64,000 nt of DNA from Eledone cirrhosa (GCA_964016885.1 OZ024740.1:417818001-417882000), one strand, 5' to 3'; shown: positions 1-13,452, counted from the stretch's first letter. A program made the numbers and translations. The notes: generated by a model from the letters alone, not told the origin.

Positions 1-96
1 AGAAGAGGTGGTGAAGGAGGAGAGAAGTATGAGTAATGGCAGCTTTCCAGCAGTCACCACACTTCAAAGATTACTCAACCAGAGGAAGTTATTAAC

Positions 97-653
97 AATA
101 TATTTAGAAACACACAGATACATGCGGACACACACATATACATGAATGCATCCACACCCAACCGTGAGTTAAGGGAGCCAACCTCACCGATGTTGCTCAA
201 TGAATGACTGGGGTTATAAGAGGCTTAGCTCTGTTTCTCGACCGTTATATCGCGTGACTATCTCCCCCTCCGCCTTTTGGGATTCTTTCTCGCGTCGTGT
301 AGACGCGTTCTTGAGACTAGTAAAATGAGGTATCCTCTTGATAAGTCGGCAGACCTCGCAGGGACTCTATATCTTTATGATGTATTGTTTTTGTTTATGC
401 CACGAAACTACGTAGTCGAGGAATCTAGGAGCAGTTTAGGTATGATACATTTTATTACTAATTATATCTAAATGTTTCTTCTCTCTTCATAATGTAATTT
501 TAACTCTGATACTGGTTCAGTCTAGTTCAACCGGATTGGTCTGTCCCAGTCATTCATTGAGCAACATCGGTGAGGTTGGCACCCTTAACTCACGGTTGGG
601 TGTGGATGCATTCATGTATATGTGTGTGTCCGCATGTAACTGTGTGTTTCTAA

Positions 654-660
<7 letters not shown>
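97..660 (+). mobile_element. HHR-bearing PLE-type 3' terminal fragment with inverted 5' arm
   Basis: 97-212 is the reverse complement of 545-660; the element ends in a (TA)n tract; an internal hammerhead lies at 333-422. Confidence 0.7.
333..422 (+). ncRNA. Type I hammerhead ribozyme, U3-A8 core variant
   Basis: TCCTC-TTGATAA-GTCGGCA...TGCCAC-GAAA-CTACGTAG-TC-GAGGA: stem I TCCTC/GAGGA, palindromic stem III ACTACGTAGT, GUC triplet. Confidence 0.8.
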
Positions 661-722
<62 letters not shown>

Positions 723-724
<2 letters not shown>

Positions 725-910
725 CGAAGGAAATGTGGAAATAACCAGATCGACCATAACACACCAGTACTCAATACTTAGGGTAGTAGAGTGGGTAATA
801 GGAACAAGTAGCACCCCGACGGCTGAGCTCAAGCCGTTTCGACGGCTAATTCTGGACTGAATTAGCCGTCGAAACGGCTTGAGCTCAGCCGTCGGGGTGC
901 TACTTATTCC
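723..910. mobile_element. PLE family B fold-back mini-element in (TA)n
   Basis: Long arm 723-858 (minus) plus short arm to 910; both carry the HHR 3' half GAAACGGCTTGAGCTCAGCCGTCGGGGT; homologous to 9599, 11324, 40362, 43602 and 62592. Confidence 0.8.
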
Positions 911-981
<71 letters not shown>

Positions 982-1262
982 TACGAGGCCAAAGACATAA
1001 CTGTACATCAACAGAGATGATCACACTCCATATTTATAGAGAGTAATTATTCTATCGTGTGATATATACTTGCAGCTCAGCTTGATTAAGTATATTGCTT
1101 ATACAACCGCCGACGACTTGGCCAGTCATGGATCCCACTCTTACAAGCAGGATATTTGGTGTTGCCCTAGAAACAGACGACTGACTATGTGGCCAATATT
1201 TTGAAAAAGAATCTTGCCAATTCTGCATAAATAAATTATTTGAAATGCATCGTTTATATTCT

Positions 1263-1465
1263 TTATAATAGAAATAGATGGTTTTGAAGTGTCTTTATCT
1301 GTAGTAACTCCTGCAGGAGTTGCGACCAGCAGATAGGCTCAGCAATGGAAAGGCTAATGGAAACATTGTTTCCGTGGTCCGATTTGATGAGTTCCTCCAC
1401 ACTTTGGTCATCGAATGTGGTCTGGGATCTTGCTGATTGAACTATAGTTATATCTCTAGCAGAAC
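1263..1465 (-). other. Possible terminal coding exon of an unidentified host gene
   Basis: Non-repetitive, higher-GC segment; acceptor-like TTGTTTAG|G on the minus strand followed by an open frame SARDITIVQ...NHLFLL*; no homology recognised. Confidence 0.2.
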
Positions 1466-1548
1466 CTAAACAATGCACAATCAATAGAATATTGGTATAC
1501 TGTAGAGATATTAATTAAATTTAGTGATCAATTCATCAACTTACATAC

Positions 1549-1880
1549 ATGGTCCCGTAAAACCCGAGGGTGTCGTAGGTGTGCAGTATTGACATACGGC
1601 GTTTCTTGGTATTTTTAAAACTTTGTGGAGTCCAACTATCCAGATCTGAATGCAGCAGATTTCTTCCAGAGAAGGATAGAGAGAATGATAGACTGGAAGT
1701 GAGAAAGGGATAAAGGGGAAGAATCGACCTCAGTAACTGACTAGAACTTTTTTTTTATCGACCTTGAATGGATGAAAGGCAAAGTTGACCTCAGCGGGAT
1801 TTGAACTGAGAGAGCTGACAGCCACAACAAATATCACAAAACACTTCATCCGATCTTCTAACGACTGTCAATTCGCCGAC
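1549..1880 (-). mobile_element. tRNA-derived SINE family 2 (long tail)
   Basis: B-box GTTCAAATCC and GCCTTTCATCC..GGTCGATAAA domain on minus; tail homologous to 52318-52640 and 51640-52100. Confidence 0.7.
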
Positions 1881-1925
1881 TATGTGCATTGATTAAACAC
1901 TACAATAACATTATTACCCATCACT

Positions 1926-2003
1926 TTCATTGGATTGTGAACATCCATGGTTGTTTTCTATTATCGAGAAACATAGCGGGATTTCAATTTTGTTTGATCT
2001 GTT

Positions 2004-2087
<84 letters not shown>

Positions 2088-2243
2088 TCCCTCTCTCTCT
2101 TTGATGCATAGAGTTACGGCCCTTGCCATTCTGAGTTCAAATCCCGCCGAGGTTAACTTTGCCTTTCATCCTTACGGGGTCGATAAAATAAAGTACCAGT
2201 AATGCACTGGGTAATTGCTGGCCTTGTGCCAAAAGTAGAAACA
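1926..2243 (+). mobile_element. tRNA-derived SINE family 1 with foreign 5' insert, 16-bp TSD
   Basis: ATTATTACCCATCACT at 1910-1925 and 2244-2259; SINE body 2100-2243. Confidence 0.75.
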
Positions 2244-2378
2244 ATTATTACCCATCACTGTGGTGTGAAATCCAATATACGAGGACAAATATAAAGCAAT
2301 GTAGCTTTTTTAAATATCTTTTCATGGACAGAAGTAATTTAATTCCATGTTTTTGATGACTAAGTTAAAGGAGGAAGG

Positions 2379-2655
2379 TCTCGAGCCCAGAGGTTCACCA
2401 GGCCCGGTGTTTATCCCAATTTCCATGGCGTGAAGCGACTGAGAGCACAAGTATTCCTCCTGGACAGGATGCCAGCCAATTGCAGGGGTTAAACACCTAG
2501 CTATTGATGGTACACATTTTCAGTTGACTATACTGGAGCAACATGAAATGAAGTGTTTTGCCCAAGAACACAACACAGAACCCAGTCCAGGAATCTAACC
2601 CACGACATTATGATGATATGTCCAACACCTTTACCACTAGGTCACGGGTCTCCAC
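2379..2655 (-). mobile_element. tRNA-derived CORE/V-like SINE
   Basis: A/B-box-like head at the right end, GTGTTCTTGGGCAAAACACTT domain on minus; TSD AAGGAGGAAGG at 2368-2378 and 2656-2666. Confidence 0.75.
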
Positions 2656-3086
2656 AAGGAGGAAGGACAGCTCTATAAATGTTCAAGGTACCCGAGTCTG
2701 GTAGACTAGAGACTTATTCTAAGTAGTTATAACAGCGTGAACTTCAATAGAGACACAACGGCCAAGTAGTGACGTTAAACCGGCTGACGGATTAAATCTA
2801 TCATAACCCAGTTGTTATTTTGCCTAACACATCTCTGCTTTAGAGCAAAGGCGTTCTTACCGTGACCAACTTCTATTTTTTACAGACACAGTGTAATCAA
2901 AATTACAATATACAATTCGTGTAATTTAGAGGATTTTTTTTTTTTTTGGAGGGGGTTGTTTTTGCTATTTCTAGTTAATCTGGTGATCACGTAGAGGCCC
3001 CGTAGTAGAATTGTGAAGATCCATGGTTGTTTTCTATTATCGAGAAACATAGCGGGATTTCAATTTTGTTTGATCTGTTGATGTCT

Positions 3087-3419
<333 letters not shown>

Positions 3420-3630
3420 TATATATATATTTTGTTTTGACCTTGATTTGGTTTTTGGCTTGGGTGGTTAATGCCTTCTTGACCACCTTTTCAGTTTTGT
3501 ATGGCTTCTTAACACATTGTTTAGCTCTGGTTTTTAACTATTGAGCACTTGCCAGTATCATTTCTGATTTTTGCGTTTCGCTTCGCCTTTTGCTGCCCGC
3601 CGAAAATGCGATTCTCGCTGAATCTTTATT

Positions 3631-3739
<109 letters not shown>

Positions 3740-3910
3740 TATATTTGATATATCTCATATGAAATAATACAGCCAATTTTCCACACAATACAATTAGTTA
3801 GCACCCCGAACGTTTAATTAGGAATATACTCACTTATTTCCTAATGTTTGTTGAGTGAGTTGGGATTTGGCCGGAGTATCGCTATTAGCTTCCTCCGATA
3901 ATGTATTTAC

Positions 3911-3990
<80 letters not shown>

Positions 3991-4193
3991 TATGTACACG
4001 TACATACATATATGTATACAGACGTACAGTAGTATGTATATATATATACATACATGCACACATATATATATATGTACGTATGGATTTACCGAACATTTAT
4101 TATAATGCTCGGTGTGTTTGTAAACAAACATTCCGCATTAAGCCGTAGTGTCCAGCAACCATCGTTGCTCGTTTGTTCAACACTGACAAAGGA

Positions 4194-4236
4194 ACGCTGT
4201 ACTAGTTTCAAGCTTATTAGCTATCGTCAGCAACGT
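4194..4236 (-). ncRNA. Minimal type I hammerhead ribozyme
   Basis: ACGTTG-CTGACGA-TAGCTAATAAGCTT-GAAA-CTAG-TA-CAGCGT; palindromic stem III; lies between inverted repeats ~3988-4075 and ~4268-4360. Confidence 0.85.
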
Positions 4237-4815
4237 ATACCTTCCTGCCAGATTGTTGAACGTATATACTTACATATATATATGTGTGCATGTATGTATA
4301 TATATATATACATACTACTGTACGTCTGTATACATATATGTATGTACGTATACATACTTATATTTAAGTAACAGCCATAGTAAGAGTGGGAAATGAAATT
4401 TCGTTTCATTTTTTCCGTTTATCGTTTTCGGTGCACCCGGCCGATTAACCCACTCTATATGCAAATTGGGCTGCTCAGCCGTTAATATGCATAAGGTAAG
4501 TATATACGTTCAACATCTCAATGAAAGATTAATATATATTAATAAAGTGTCATCACAGACAGAGAAGTAATTAAACACATTAAATCTAAGCCAAAATCTC
4601 GATTTGGAGAGATGGAAGCTAGACTGACTAAAATAAGTCAGTTTTACTCATATAGTTCCCCGACCATTGTTTCTGGAATAAAGAAGCAATATTAATTATT
4701 TCAAAATTTTAGAACAACCAATATTGAAAGAAGAATTTAATTCCGTCTTCAGGTAAATAATTCTTTGGAATAAGAGGAGACATTAAATATAAAGCATACA
4801 CACCAATATATATAT

Positions 4816-5053
4816 AGTAATAATAATAAATTTGAAGACTAAAATCCACAGAGGGCTCAATAAGGATAAATATATATCAAATATATAAGAACCATAGAGC
4901 AAATATTTATTAAAATAACAGATTAAAGTTTAAGCAAAGAATCGCTGCTTTCACTCTTAACGGGATCTTCTGAAACTCAGAATGTTTCAGAAGATCCCGT
5001 TAAGGGTGAAAGCAGCGATTCTTTGCTTAAACTTTAATCTGTTATTTTCATAA

Positions 5054-5060
<7 letters not shown>
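4816..5060. mobile_element. PLE family C fold-back mini-element (HHR in both arms)
   Basis: Long arm on minus, short arm on plus, centre ~4975-4985 immediately 5' of the CAGAAGA core; matches the 3' end of the PLE at 7465-9276. Confidence 0.85.
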
Positions 5061-5099
<39 letters not shown>

Positions 5100-5552
5100 T
5101 CGTCTACGATTTCACAGAACTTATGTTCATCGATTTCAGGGACTTGACTCCTTCTTCCTCCCGTTTGACCTGTGCGAAATTCTTTCCTCACTTACATTTC
5201 GACCAGGTTTGTTTGTCTTTATTCTCTCTCGTCTACGATTTCACAGAACTTATGTTCATCGATTTCAGGGACTTGACTCCTTCTTCCTCACTTTTGGTTG
5301 CATTACCATCTTTGTTTGTTTACTGTCTCGCTCGTTCCCCCTATTTACGTGTCCCAACGACTTTCTTTAGCCGTTGCTCGCACCAACCAGAGGTATATGG
5401 TCTCTAAAGCGATGAAATACCAATGAAGGTTGGAAGATCACTGATGAAGGACTAAATTTATTCATATATATATATATATAAAGTGTTTCCGTAAGAAAGG
5501 TAAAGGAAAGGAGAGTGCTCTATGTAGGCTACAGAGCTATTTATTTATCATT

Positions 5553-5587
<35 letters not shown>

Positions 5588-6006
5588 GTGAGTGCGAGTG
5601 TGAGTGTAAATGTGTGTGTGTGTTTCTGAACTTGGCTCTATATATTTGACCATTACGTCCGATATGTCTTTCAGAAATGCATTGGTGTAATTTGGTCTTA
5701 CCGTTGTTGTTGTTACACCACCCACCACCACCACCACAAACCATCTCTCATCGAACAGATCTATCTCCAAAAATATTCCAACAGTGATTATCTCGTATTT
5801 CACTCAAAACTACATGTCTAAGATTACATTCTCAACGGAATCCTTCCATTTTAAAGAGAGAATTTTTTGCTATCTTTAGCTGCCCGAGTGACGTCATAAT
5901 GGTTTCCTAATTGGTTCCAGTGACACTAATCTATTAATTGTGCTGTTGTTTAGTCTTGATTCAGCAGTTAGGACCATCTCGTAGTTTATTTTTTGACATA
6001 GTATAT

Positions 6007-6184
6007 ATCGTTTTTCCCGGCGCTGAAGATGCTTCGTTCTCGAGGACGCACCCTAATTTTGACAACCAAAATTTGAAAAAAGAAATAATAAACAACCTTC
6101 GGCCTCTAGGAAGCATCGTAGATTTTTGACACTTATTTTAGGAAAAAAAAGTAAAAGTAGCGCCTTCGACGCCGGAAATCTGGT
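6007..6184. mobile_element. pogo/Tigger-type MITE
   Basis: Degenerate TIRs ATCGTTTTTCCCGGCGCTGAAGATGC / GCGCCTTCGACGCCGGAAATCTGGT. Confidence 0.55.
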
Positions 6185-6189
6185 GTATG

Positions 6190-6255
<66 letters not shown>

Positions 6256-6260
<5 letters not shown>

Positions 6261-7140
6261 ATACTTTGGGAGGGTCATGTTGCTAATAAGAAACACACGC
6301 ACCAGCTGCTTTCATTTCAATTTATTATAAATTAAATTTATAAATTTAGGAATTTATAAATTTCCGGTTGGTTGGTTCCACAACCAGATGATTGTTCATA
6401 TATTGTCAAAGATCTTTCGTCACACATTCTGTGACCTCCTCAGTGACTGGGGATTCTTTTCTTTGTTTTTGTGCCTCTCCTTTGTTCTGTCTTACACCAT
6501 CTTGTTTTTGTGTGTGTTGTGTGCTTAGTTTGCGCATGTGTTACATCCGGGTGTCTGTGTGTGTTTATATTCGTTTATTTATTTGTTTATTTACATGTTA
6601 CTGGTTGGTTGTTTGTTCTATGTGCGTGTGTGTTTTCATTTTGTCCTTAATTGTAAGTATCACAACTTACAATTAAGGACAAAATGAAAACACGCACACA
6701 CATAGAACAAACAACCAACCAGTAACATGTAAATAAACAAATAAATAAACAAATAAATAAACAAATATAAACACACACAGACACCCGGATGTAACACATG
6801 CACAAACTAAGCACACAACACACACAAAAACAAGATGGCGTAGGACAGAACAAAGGAAAGGCACGAAAACAAAGAAAAGAATCCCCAGTCACTGAAGAGG
6901 TCACATAATGTGTGACGAAAGAACTTTGACAATATATGAACAATCATCTGGTTGTGGAACCAACCAACCAACCGGAAATTTATAAATTCCTAAATTTATA
7001 AATTTAATTTATAATAAATTTAAGTGAAAGCAACTGGTGCGTGTGTTTCTTATTGGCAACATGACCCTCCCAAAGTATAACAATATCGGTTTCAACACAC
7101 GTTTTCAGATAAAGAATCTTGCTAAACAAAATCAGAAACG

Positions 7141-7143
<3 letters not shown>
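6256..7143. mobile_element. PLE family A fold-back element (3'UTR arms only)
   Basis: 6256-6657 is the reverse complement of 6665-7084; the right arm has a ~58-nt extra tail; HHRs at 6404-6448 (-) and 6887-6931 (+); flanked by (TA)n. Confidence 0.9.
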
Positions 7144-7221
<78 letters not shown>

Positions 7222-7224
<3 letters not shown>

Positions 7225-7450
7225 TAATAATAATAAATTTGAAGACTAAAATCCAAAGAGGGCTCGATAAGGATAAATATATATCAAATATATAAGAACC
7301 GTAGAGCAAATATTTATTAAAATAACAGATTAAAGTTTAAGCAAAGAATCGCTGCTTTCACCCTTAACGGGATCTTCTGAAATAGAAGATCCCGTTAAGG
7401 GTGAAAGCAGCGATTCTTTGCCTAAACTTTAATCTGTTATTTTAATAAAT
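7222..7450. mobile_element. PLE family C fold-back mini-element
   Basis: Centre GATCTTCTGAAATAGAAGATC at 7371-7391; same architecture as 4816-5060. Confidence 0.85.
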
Positions 7451-7529
7451 ATATATATATACAGAGTACGAAAATAGACCTAGAAGAAATAGATCCCGTC
7501 GCATTTGTTGGTATAGCCCACCATATAAT

Positions 7530-8180
7530 ATGGAGGTGGCCACAGCATTAGCTAAGATCTTTCTTTCCCTTATTACGAAGCATTTTCCCCCTACACATAA
7601 ATATAGTAAAATTTTTAATAGAAATACTATTAAAATTTCTTACTCTACGACTCCTAACCTTGCACATAACATCACAGCTTCAAATTTAGCTAAACTACCT
7701 AGCCGTAGGAACACGTGCAACCCTGTAGTTAGTACTAACTGTAATTGTAGGAATCGGGTTGATTGCCCCCTATCCGGGAAATGCCTCTCTAGCAACATTG
7801 TCTACAAATGTAAGGTTGTAACACCCACGTCCCGTAGGGCCTACATAGGGTTAACCGCCAATAGATTCTAGCAGCGTCTTTACATGCATACCCATTCTTT
7901 TCGTTACCCTCTAAGAAGGAATATGACGTCACTTTCAGCTTATATCTGGAGTCTAAAAGACAACCACACCCAATATAAGTTACACTGGGAGATCCTAGCT
8001 AGGGCTAGATCGTATAACGGAAATAAAATACCATGTGACCTCTGCGCCGCTGAGGCCCTGGAAATACTCTACGCCACTGACCACATCTTAAACAAAAAAT
8101 CTGAGGCAATTTCGGCTTGTAAACATAAATTGCACAAAACTTTCCTGTATTACAGCCCCACGTTATACCCTAACGGATAG
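7530..8180 (+). pseudogene. PLE RT thumb/linker plus GIY-YIG endonuclease, one in-frame stop
   Basis: FPPTHKYSKIFNRNTIKISYS, CNCR..CPL.GKCL, YIG, TSLSAYIW, CDLC..E; TAG at 7869-7871 separates two same-frame ORFs. Confidence 0.9.
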
Positions 8181-9113
8181 TACGATTTATACGTGGATAT
8201 TTTACGTCTTGATGTGGGAGCTAAGTATATGTTTTGTTTATACCATTACTTATTTGCATAGGTAAGTATATTTTGCCCGTATGTTTTGTGAAGGTACGTA
8301 TACCTTCTCGTACGTATATTTGATTGTTATGGCGTATAATTTTATATATTCTGGTACATATGGTTTGGCTATGTGTATACGGGAGTTTTGCGTCTGTGTG
8401 AGTATGCAGGTTCGTACGTATGAAGGGTGTGTGTATATTTGTACTTCATGTTTTGGTTGACTTACGTCTCCGAACATTGGTGTATTTACATGTAGGTATG
8501 TGTGTGCGCTTGTTATATACGTATTTATTTATTTATATACGTTTATATAATTATTTATTTATTTGTATAGACGCATATACACAGATACACATATTTATAT
8601 GTGCGTGGTTTCGTATACCTATGGTAAGTGTTTTGCGTATGCTTGTGTATGTACGTATTTGTTTGCGTATATGTATTTATTTATTTCTATTACTTCTGTA
8701 TTGTATTTATTTACTTTGTTCTTAACTCTGTAGCGGAGATTCATTTGGTCTCCTAGTTAGAATTTTAGTCTACGACTTCTGCTATACCATTTACGTGGTT
8801 TTGTCTTTGCGTGCTATTGTTCTCCACGCTCCACATATGACGTATTATCTTCGTTTTTTTCGTTCATTGCCAGAGAACGTCTCTATGAACCACCTAAGAG
8901 AACATTAGTCTACGACCTCTTTTATACCATAAACGTGGTTCTGTCTTTGCGCGTAATTGTTTTTCACCGCTCCTATTAATGACGTATTATATTCGTTTTT
9001 TCCCGTTCTTTGCCAGCGAACGTTTCCACGAACCAAAGTATCGTCTTCCTGTCTTCCTCCGGTTGCAACGTTTTTTGAAATATCCACTTCTGCGTTTACA
9101 GATTGACTTTGTT

Positions 9114-9164
9114 AGTTTCAGAAGATCCCGTTAAGGGTGAAAGCAGCGATTCTTTGCTTAAACT
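9114..9164 (+). ncRNA. Type I hammerhead ribozyme, U4A variant (family C)
   Basis: AGTTT-CAGAAGA-TCCCGTTAAGGGT-GAAA-GCAG..TTGC-TT-AAACT; stem I extended by CAGATTGA/TTAATCTG. Confidence 0.7.
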
Positions 9165-9271
9165 TTAATCTGTTATTTTAATAAATATTTGCTCTACGGT
9201 TCTTATATATTTGATATATATTTATCCTTATCGAGCCCTCTTTGGATTTTAGTCTTCAAATTTATTATTAT

Positions 9272-9314
<43 letters not shown>

Positions 9315-9418
9315 AAATTAAGATAATCAAAATTATCGGTGTCATGCCAGAAAGACATGCGCCATATCACCCGCAAAATAAGCTCTAAGATTCTAACGAA
9401 TAGGTCCGAGCATTTTAT

Positions 9419-9520
9419 AATAACTAGAAATTGAGTAACATATAAATAAACATGAATAATCACAGTAAAAATTATCTCCTGTGATTATTCATGTTTATTT
9501 ATATGTTAATCAATTTTTAG

Positions 9521-9523
<3 letters not shown>
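9419..9523. repeat. ~105-bp palindrome abutting (TA)n
   Basis: ATAACTAGAAATTGAGTAACATATAAATAAACATGAATAATCACAG and its near reverse complement around a 13-nt spacer. Confidence 0.7.
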
Positions 9524-9598
<75 letters not shown>

Positions 9599-9601
<3 letters not shown>

Positions 9602-9776
9602 AACAAGTAAGACCCCGACGGCTGAGCTCAAGCCGTTTCGACGGCTAATTAGCCGTCGAAACGGCTTGAGCTCAGCCGTCGGGGTCTTACTTGTTCCTAT
9701 TACCCACTCTACTACCCTAAGTATTGAGTACTTTGGTGCGTTATGGTCCACCTGGTTCCTTACCATATTTCCTTCG

Positions 9777-9780
<4 letters not shown>
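9599..9780. mobile_element. PLE family B fold-back mini-element
   Basis: Perfect fold centred on GGCTAATTAGCC (~9648) in HHR stem II; short left arm, tailed right arm. Confidence 0.85.
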
Positions 9781-9854
<74 letters not shown>

Positions 9855-10271
9855 ATACTTTGGGAGGGTCATGTTGCCAATAAGAAACACACGCACCAGT
9901 TTCTTTCACTTCAATTTATTATATATTTATAAATTTATAAATTTATAAATTTCTGGTTGGTTGGTTGGTTCCACAACCAGATAGTTGTTTATATATAGTC
10001 ATAGTTCTTTCGTCACACACTCTGTGACCTCTTCAGTGACTGGGGATTCCTTTCTTTGTTTCTGTGCCTCTCCTTTGTTCTGTCCTACGCTATTTTGTTT
10101 CTGTGTGTGTGTTGTGTGCTCAGTCTGCCCATGCGCCACATCCGGGTGTCTGTGTGTGTTTATGTTCATTTATTTATTTGTTTATTTACATGTTACTGGT
10201 TGGTTGTTTGTTCTATATGTGTGTGTGTTTTCATTTTGTCCTTAATTGTAAGTTGTGATGTTGCTGCTCCA

Positions 10272-10902
10272 CTTGTATAGGAGCAAATTTTGGAATAGAA
10301 TAGAAAGAACTAGGAACAAGGCTAATAGAATAAACTCATGGTATGATAGCAATAAATACCAGAGTGTAATGTTCATCAATACAACCCCTAGAGGTGAATT
10401 AGCTTACAAATTTAGAAGGGCCCTAAATAAACATAAACTCAATATTAAGATAGTAGAAAGACCTGGTACCTCCGTAAAAACACTTATTAGCAAGACATAC
10501 CCTTTTCAAAGACCCTCATGTATAGATAAGAAATGTATAACCTGTAAAATAAGCCCCCATATTAACTGTAAAACTAGAAATGTAGTGTATAGCATAAGAT
10601 GTACTGAAGGACAATGTAGAGACAAAAATATAGTGTACATAGGTGAGACAGCTCGTAGTGTAGGGGAACGGATAAATGAACACTGGCGAGACCTTCAAGA
10701 TAGTAAAGAATCATCTGTACTCTACCAACATGCTAAAATAGAACACAAGGGTAAATCAGAGAACATAGAAATAAAAATAGAATCTACACACAGAAAAGAC
10801 GCAATGTTTAGACAAATTACAGAGGCAATAAACATAAAAGAATTACAACCAAAATTAAATAGAAAATATGAGTGGAACAGCAACATCACAACTTACAATT
10901 AA
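10272..10902 (+). CDS. PLE linker plus GIY-YIG endonuclease (5'-truncated)
   Basis: VERPGTS, CIDKKCITC, NVVYSIRC...YIGETARS..R..EH, RQITEAINI, LNRKYEWN. Confidence 0.88.
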
Positions 10903-11102
10903 GGACAAAATGAAAACACACACACACATAGAACAAACAACCAACCAGTAACATGTAAATAAACAAATAAATAAATGAACATAAACACACACAGACACCC
11001 GGATGTGGCGCATGGGCAGACTGAGCACACAGCACACACACAGAAACAAAATAGCGTAGGACAGAACAAAGGAGAGGCACAGAAACAAAGAAAGGAATCC
11101 CC

Positions 11103-11147
11103 AGTCACTGAAGAGGTCACAGAGTGTGTGACGAAAGAACTATGACT
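11103..11147 (+). ncRNA. Minimal type I hammerhead ribozyme (family A)
   Basis: AGTCA-CTGAAGA-G-GTCACAGAGTGTGTGAC-GAAA-GAAC-TA-TGACT. Confidence 0.88.
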
Positions 11148-11289
11148 ATATATAAACAACTATCTGGTTGTGGAACCAACCAACCAACCAGAAATTTATA
11201 AATTTATAAATTTATAAATATATAATAAATTGAAGTGAAAGCAACTGGTGCGTGTGTTTCTTATTGGCAACATGACCCTCCCAAAGTAT

Positions 11290-11323
<34 letters not shown>

Positions 11324-11325
<2 letters not shown>

Positions 11326-11460
11326 CGAAGGAAGTGTGGTAAGGAACCAGGTGGGCCATAACGCCCAGAGTATTCGATATTTTGGGTAGTAGAGTGGGTA
11401 ATAGAGATAGCCGTCTCAAACGGTTTGAGCGCTGCCGTTGGGGTCCTGACTATTTTCCTA
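11324..11460. mobile_element. Diverged PLE family B inverted mini-element
   Basis: Tail arm 11324-11405 plus short arm ending TTTTCCTA(TA)n. Confidence 0.7.
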
Positions 11461-11479
11461 TATATATATAGTGTAGGTG

Positions 11480-11740
11480 ATTCACTGAATTACTTGTGGT
11501 GGTACAAAATGAAGCACTCTATGCACAGGCAAACGGACAAAACCAACCGGCAAGAGACCCAGGGGTAGACCCCGAGCAAGATGGTTGGATAATATCCATG
11601 AGCTTGACTGATCTCATTTAGGGATCCTGCCGGATCAGTTGTAGACGGTTGCTTCTGACAGACCTGCTGGATTGAGTTTTTGGGGGACTCTGCCCCCACG
11701 ACCCTTTCAGGAATAAGTGGGAGAAGAAGAAAAGGAAGAA
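11480..11740 (+). mobile_element. RTE-clade LINE 3' end
   Basis: Encodes KRPRGRPRARWLDNI.....LPPRP-like C-terminus; homologous to 49920-50440 (-). Confidence 0.7.
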
Positions 11741-11854
11741 AAAATAAAAAGAAGAAAAACAAGACATATGTTTCAATGTAGAGCGGCGGGCCATACATAC
11801 GAGGTATCTGTCCATCGCTCTACACGTCTTCAGGAATTTAGGTCACTCTTGAGT

Positions 11855-12030
11855 GCTACTGGCAGCATGTAACCCAGTACAACCTGTCGCATGGTCAGGT
11901 CGTCGGCGACTAAACCAGCAACCCCACCAAGTTTACTTGGTGAAGAGGGTGATTTTGGACACCTTGCAGGTCAAAAAACAAAACCTGACAAAGGGCGGAA
12001 GAACTCATAAGAGTCAACGGTCATCTAAAA
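11855..12030 (+). repeat. Dispersed repeat, probably LINE (RTE) 5'UTR-derived
   Basis: Inverted copies at 34538-34717 and 35556-35725. Confidence 0.6.
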
Positions 12031-12457
12031 ATATAAAAAAATCCTGCTAAACCAATGGGTGGCAGTAGTTCCAGCTGCACGTATCGAAAGACTGGTATAG
12101 TGGTTCTGAGAACAATGCGGCTTTGCAGAGGATCAATGCAAATTGACAATGGAAAGGCGCTCCCGCTCGTGTTAGAAGAGAACTATTGACCTCCAGGAGA
12201 AGTAGTGACCCCTGATTGTATTCACCAACCGAAACAAATATGAAGTACACCAAATCCAATGCTCCTAGGGGCGGCCCTGGTTCTTCTTATTTGCATGTGT
12301 AAACTCGGCCAGATTAGATTAGATTATAAGTTTCAACTATATTACATATAAGAGATAACTCCATACAGCAGATCAGTTCATACCATACCAATTAATGCAT
12401 TGCAAATTACAAGCGAAAAGCAACAGCTAATAGAAAACCCCAACATCACCATATATA

Positions 12458-12530
12458 CAGGGTGTCCCAAAAATATATACACATATTTATTAAAATGCTG
12501 TTGAAATGTGTATATATTTTTTGAGGACAC
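12458..12530. mobile_element. Tc1/mariner-type tiny MITE
   Basis: TA|CAGGGTGTCCCAAAAATATATACACAT ... ATGTGTATATATTTTTTGAGGACAC. Confidence 0.6.
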
Positions 12531-12637
12531 ACACACATATATATATATAGGAACTACAACTGGAACCGTCGAGCAAACTCTACGTGAGCTGATAATCTAC
12601 TGTGTGTAATATTTATATTACAACACAACGGAAAATA

Positions 12638-12720
<83 letters not shown>

Positions 12721-12723
<3 letters not shown>

Positions 12724-13452
12724 AGATTTGAATGGATACAGTTTAGTTGAAAGGAATTTATTGACACGTGTTTCTATAACAGTTACATAACCTAAAACAG
12801 CTATCTACAAACTTTTAGTTATGCAGACATTCAATATTTCAATGTTATTATTTACTGTCATTTCATCAGAATAATATTACTGAGGACCTATTTAGTTTTT
12901 ATAGAGAATATTAGGAGGGAGGGGTGAAGTTGTTAGAAGAATAGTTGAAGGAGTGGTTTTTCGATAGCAGTGAGAATTCTTGGTGGCAGTGAGTAATTAG
13001 ATTCCCATCTGTTGTTTTGACATTTTTTATAGAATATATTATTGGTTATTTTTCTAAATCTATAGAAGGATTAGAGATAGTAAAGATATGCGTGGTTGGT
13101 TTTGTGTTTGCACTTAATTAACATTCAGACTTAAATTTTTCTTTCAAGTGTACGTATCCTTTCACCCACGCATTCACACAAATATATTTGCACACCTCTA
13201 CAAAATACATATACTCACAATTCACATATTCATACTTACATATATATACACATGCATACACATATATATACACACATGTATTCATGTACATACATACGCG
13301 CTCATGTGTATACATTTTCATACTCAACTTATCTTTATATACACACGTATAGACACACACATATATACATACATACTCTAGTCCATGTGTACACACATAC
13401 ACATCCATATACACATATATACATACACATATATATATATATATATATACAC

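Larger units (their letters stand above)
7465..9276 (+). mobile_element. 5'-truncated Neptune-like Penelope-like element (family C)
   Basis: ORF remnants with Cys linker CNCRNRVDCPLSGKCL and GIY-YIG-like IVYKC...AYIG; ~930-nt 3'UTR; HHR at 9114-9164; flanked by (TA)n. Confidence 0.9.
9850..11295 (+). mobile_element. PLE family A (Nematis-like) with inverted 5' arm
   Basis: 9850-10267 is an antisense copy of the 3' end; sense part 10268-11295 encodes GIY-YIG; HHRs at 9997-10041 (-) and 11103-11147 (+). Confidence 0.9.

Noticed and set aside
1108-1195. CCGACGA...GAAACAGACGACTGAC hammerhead-like motif
   Set aside because: Lacks U16.1 and stem I pairing
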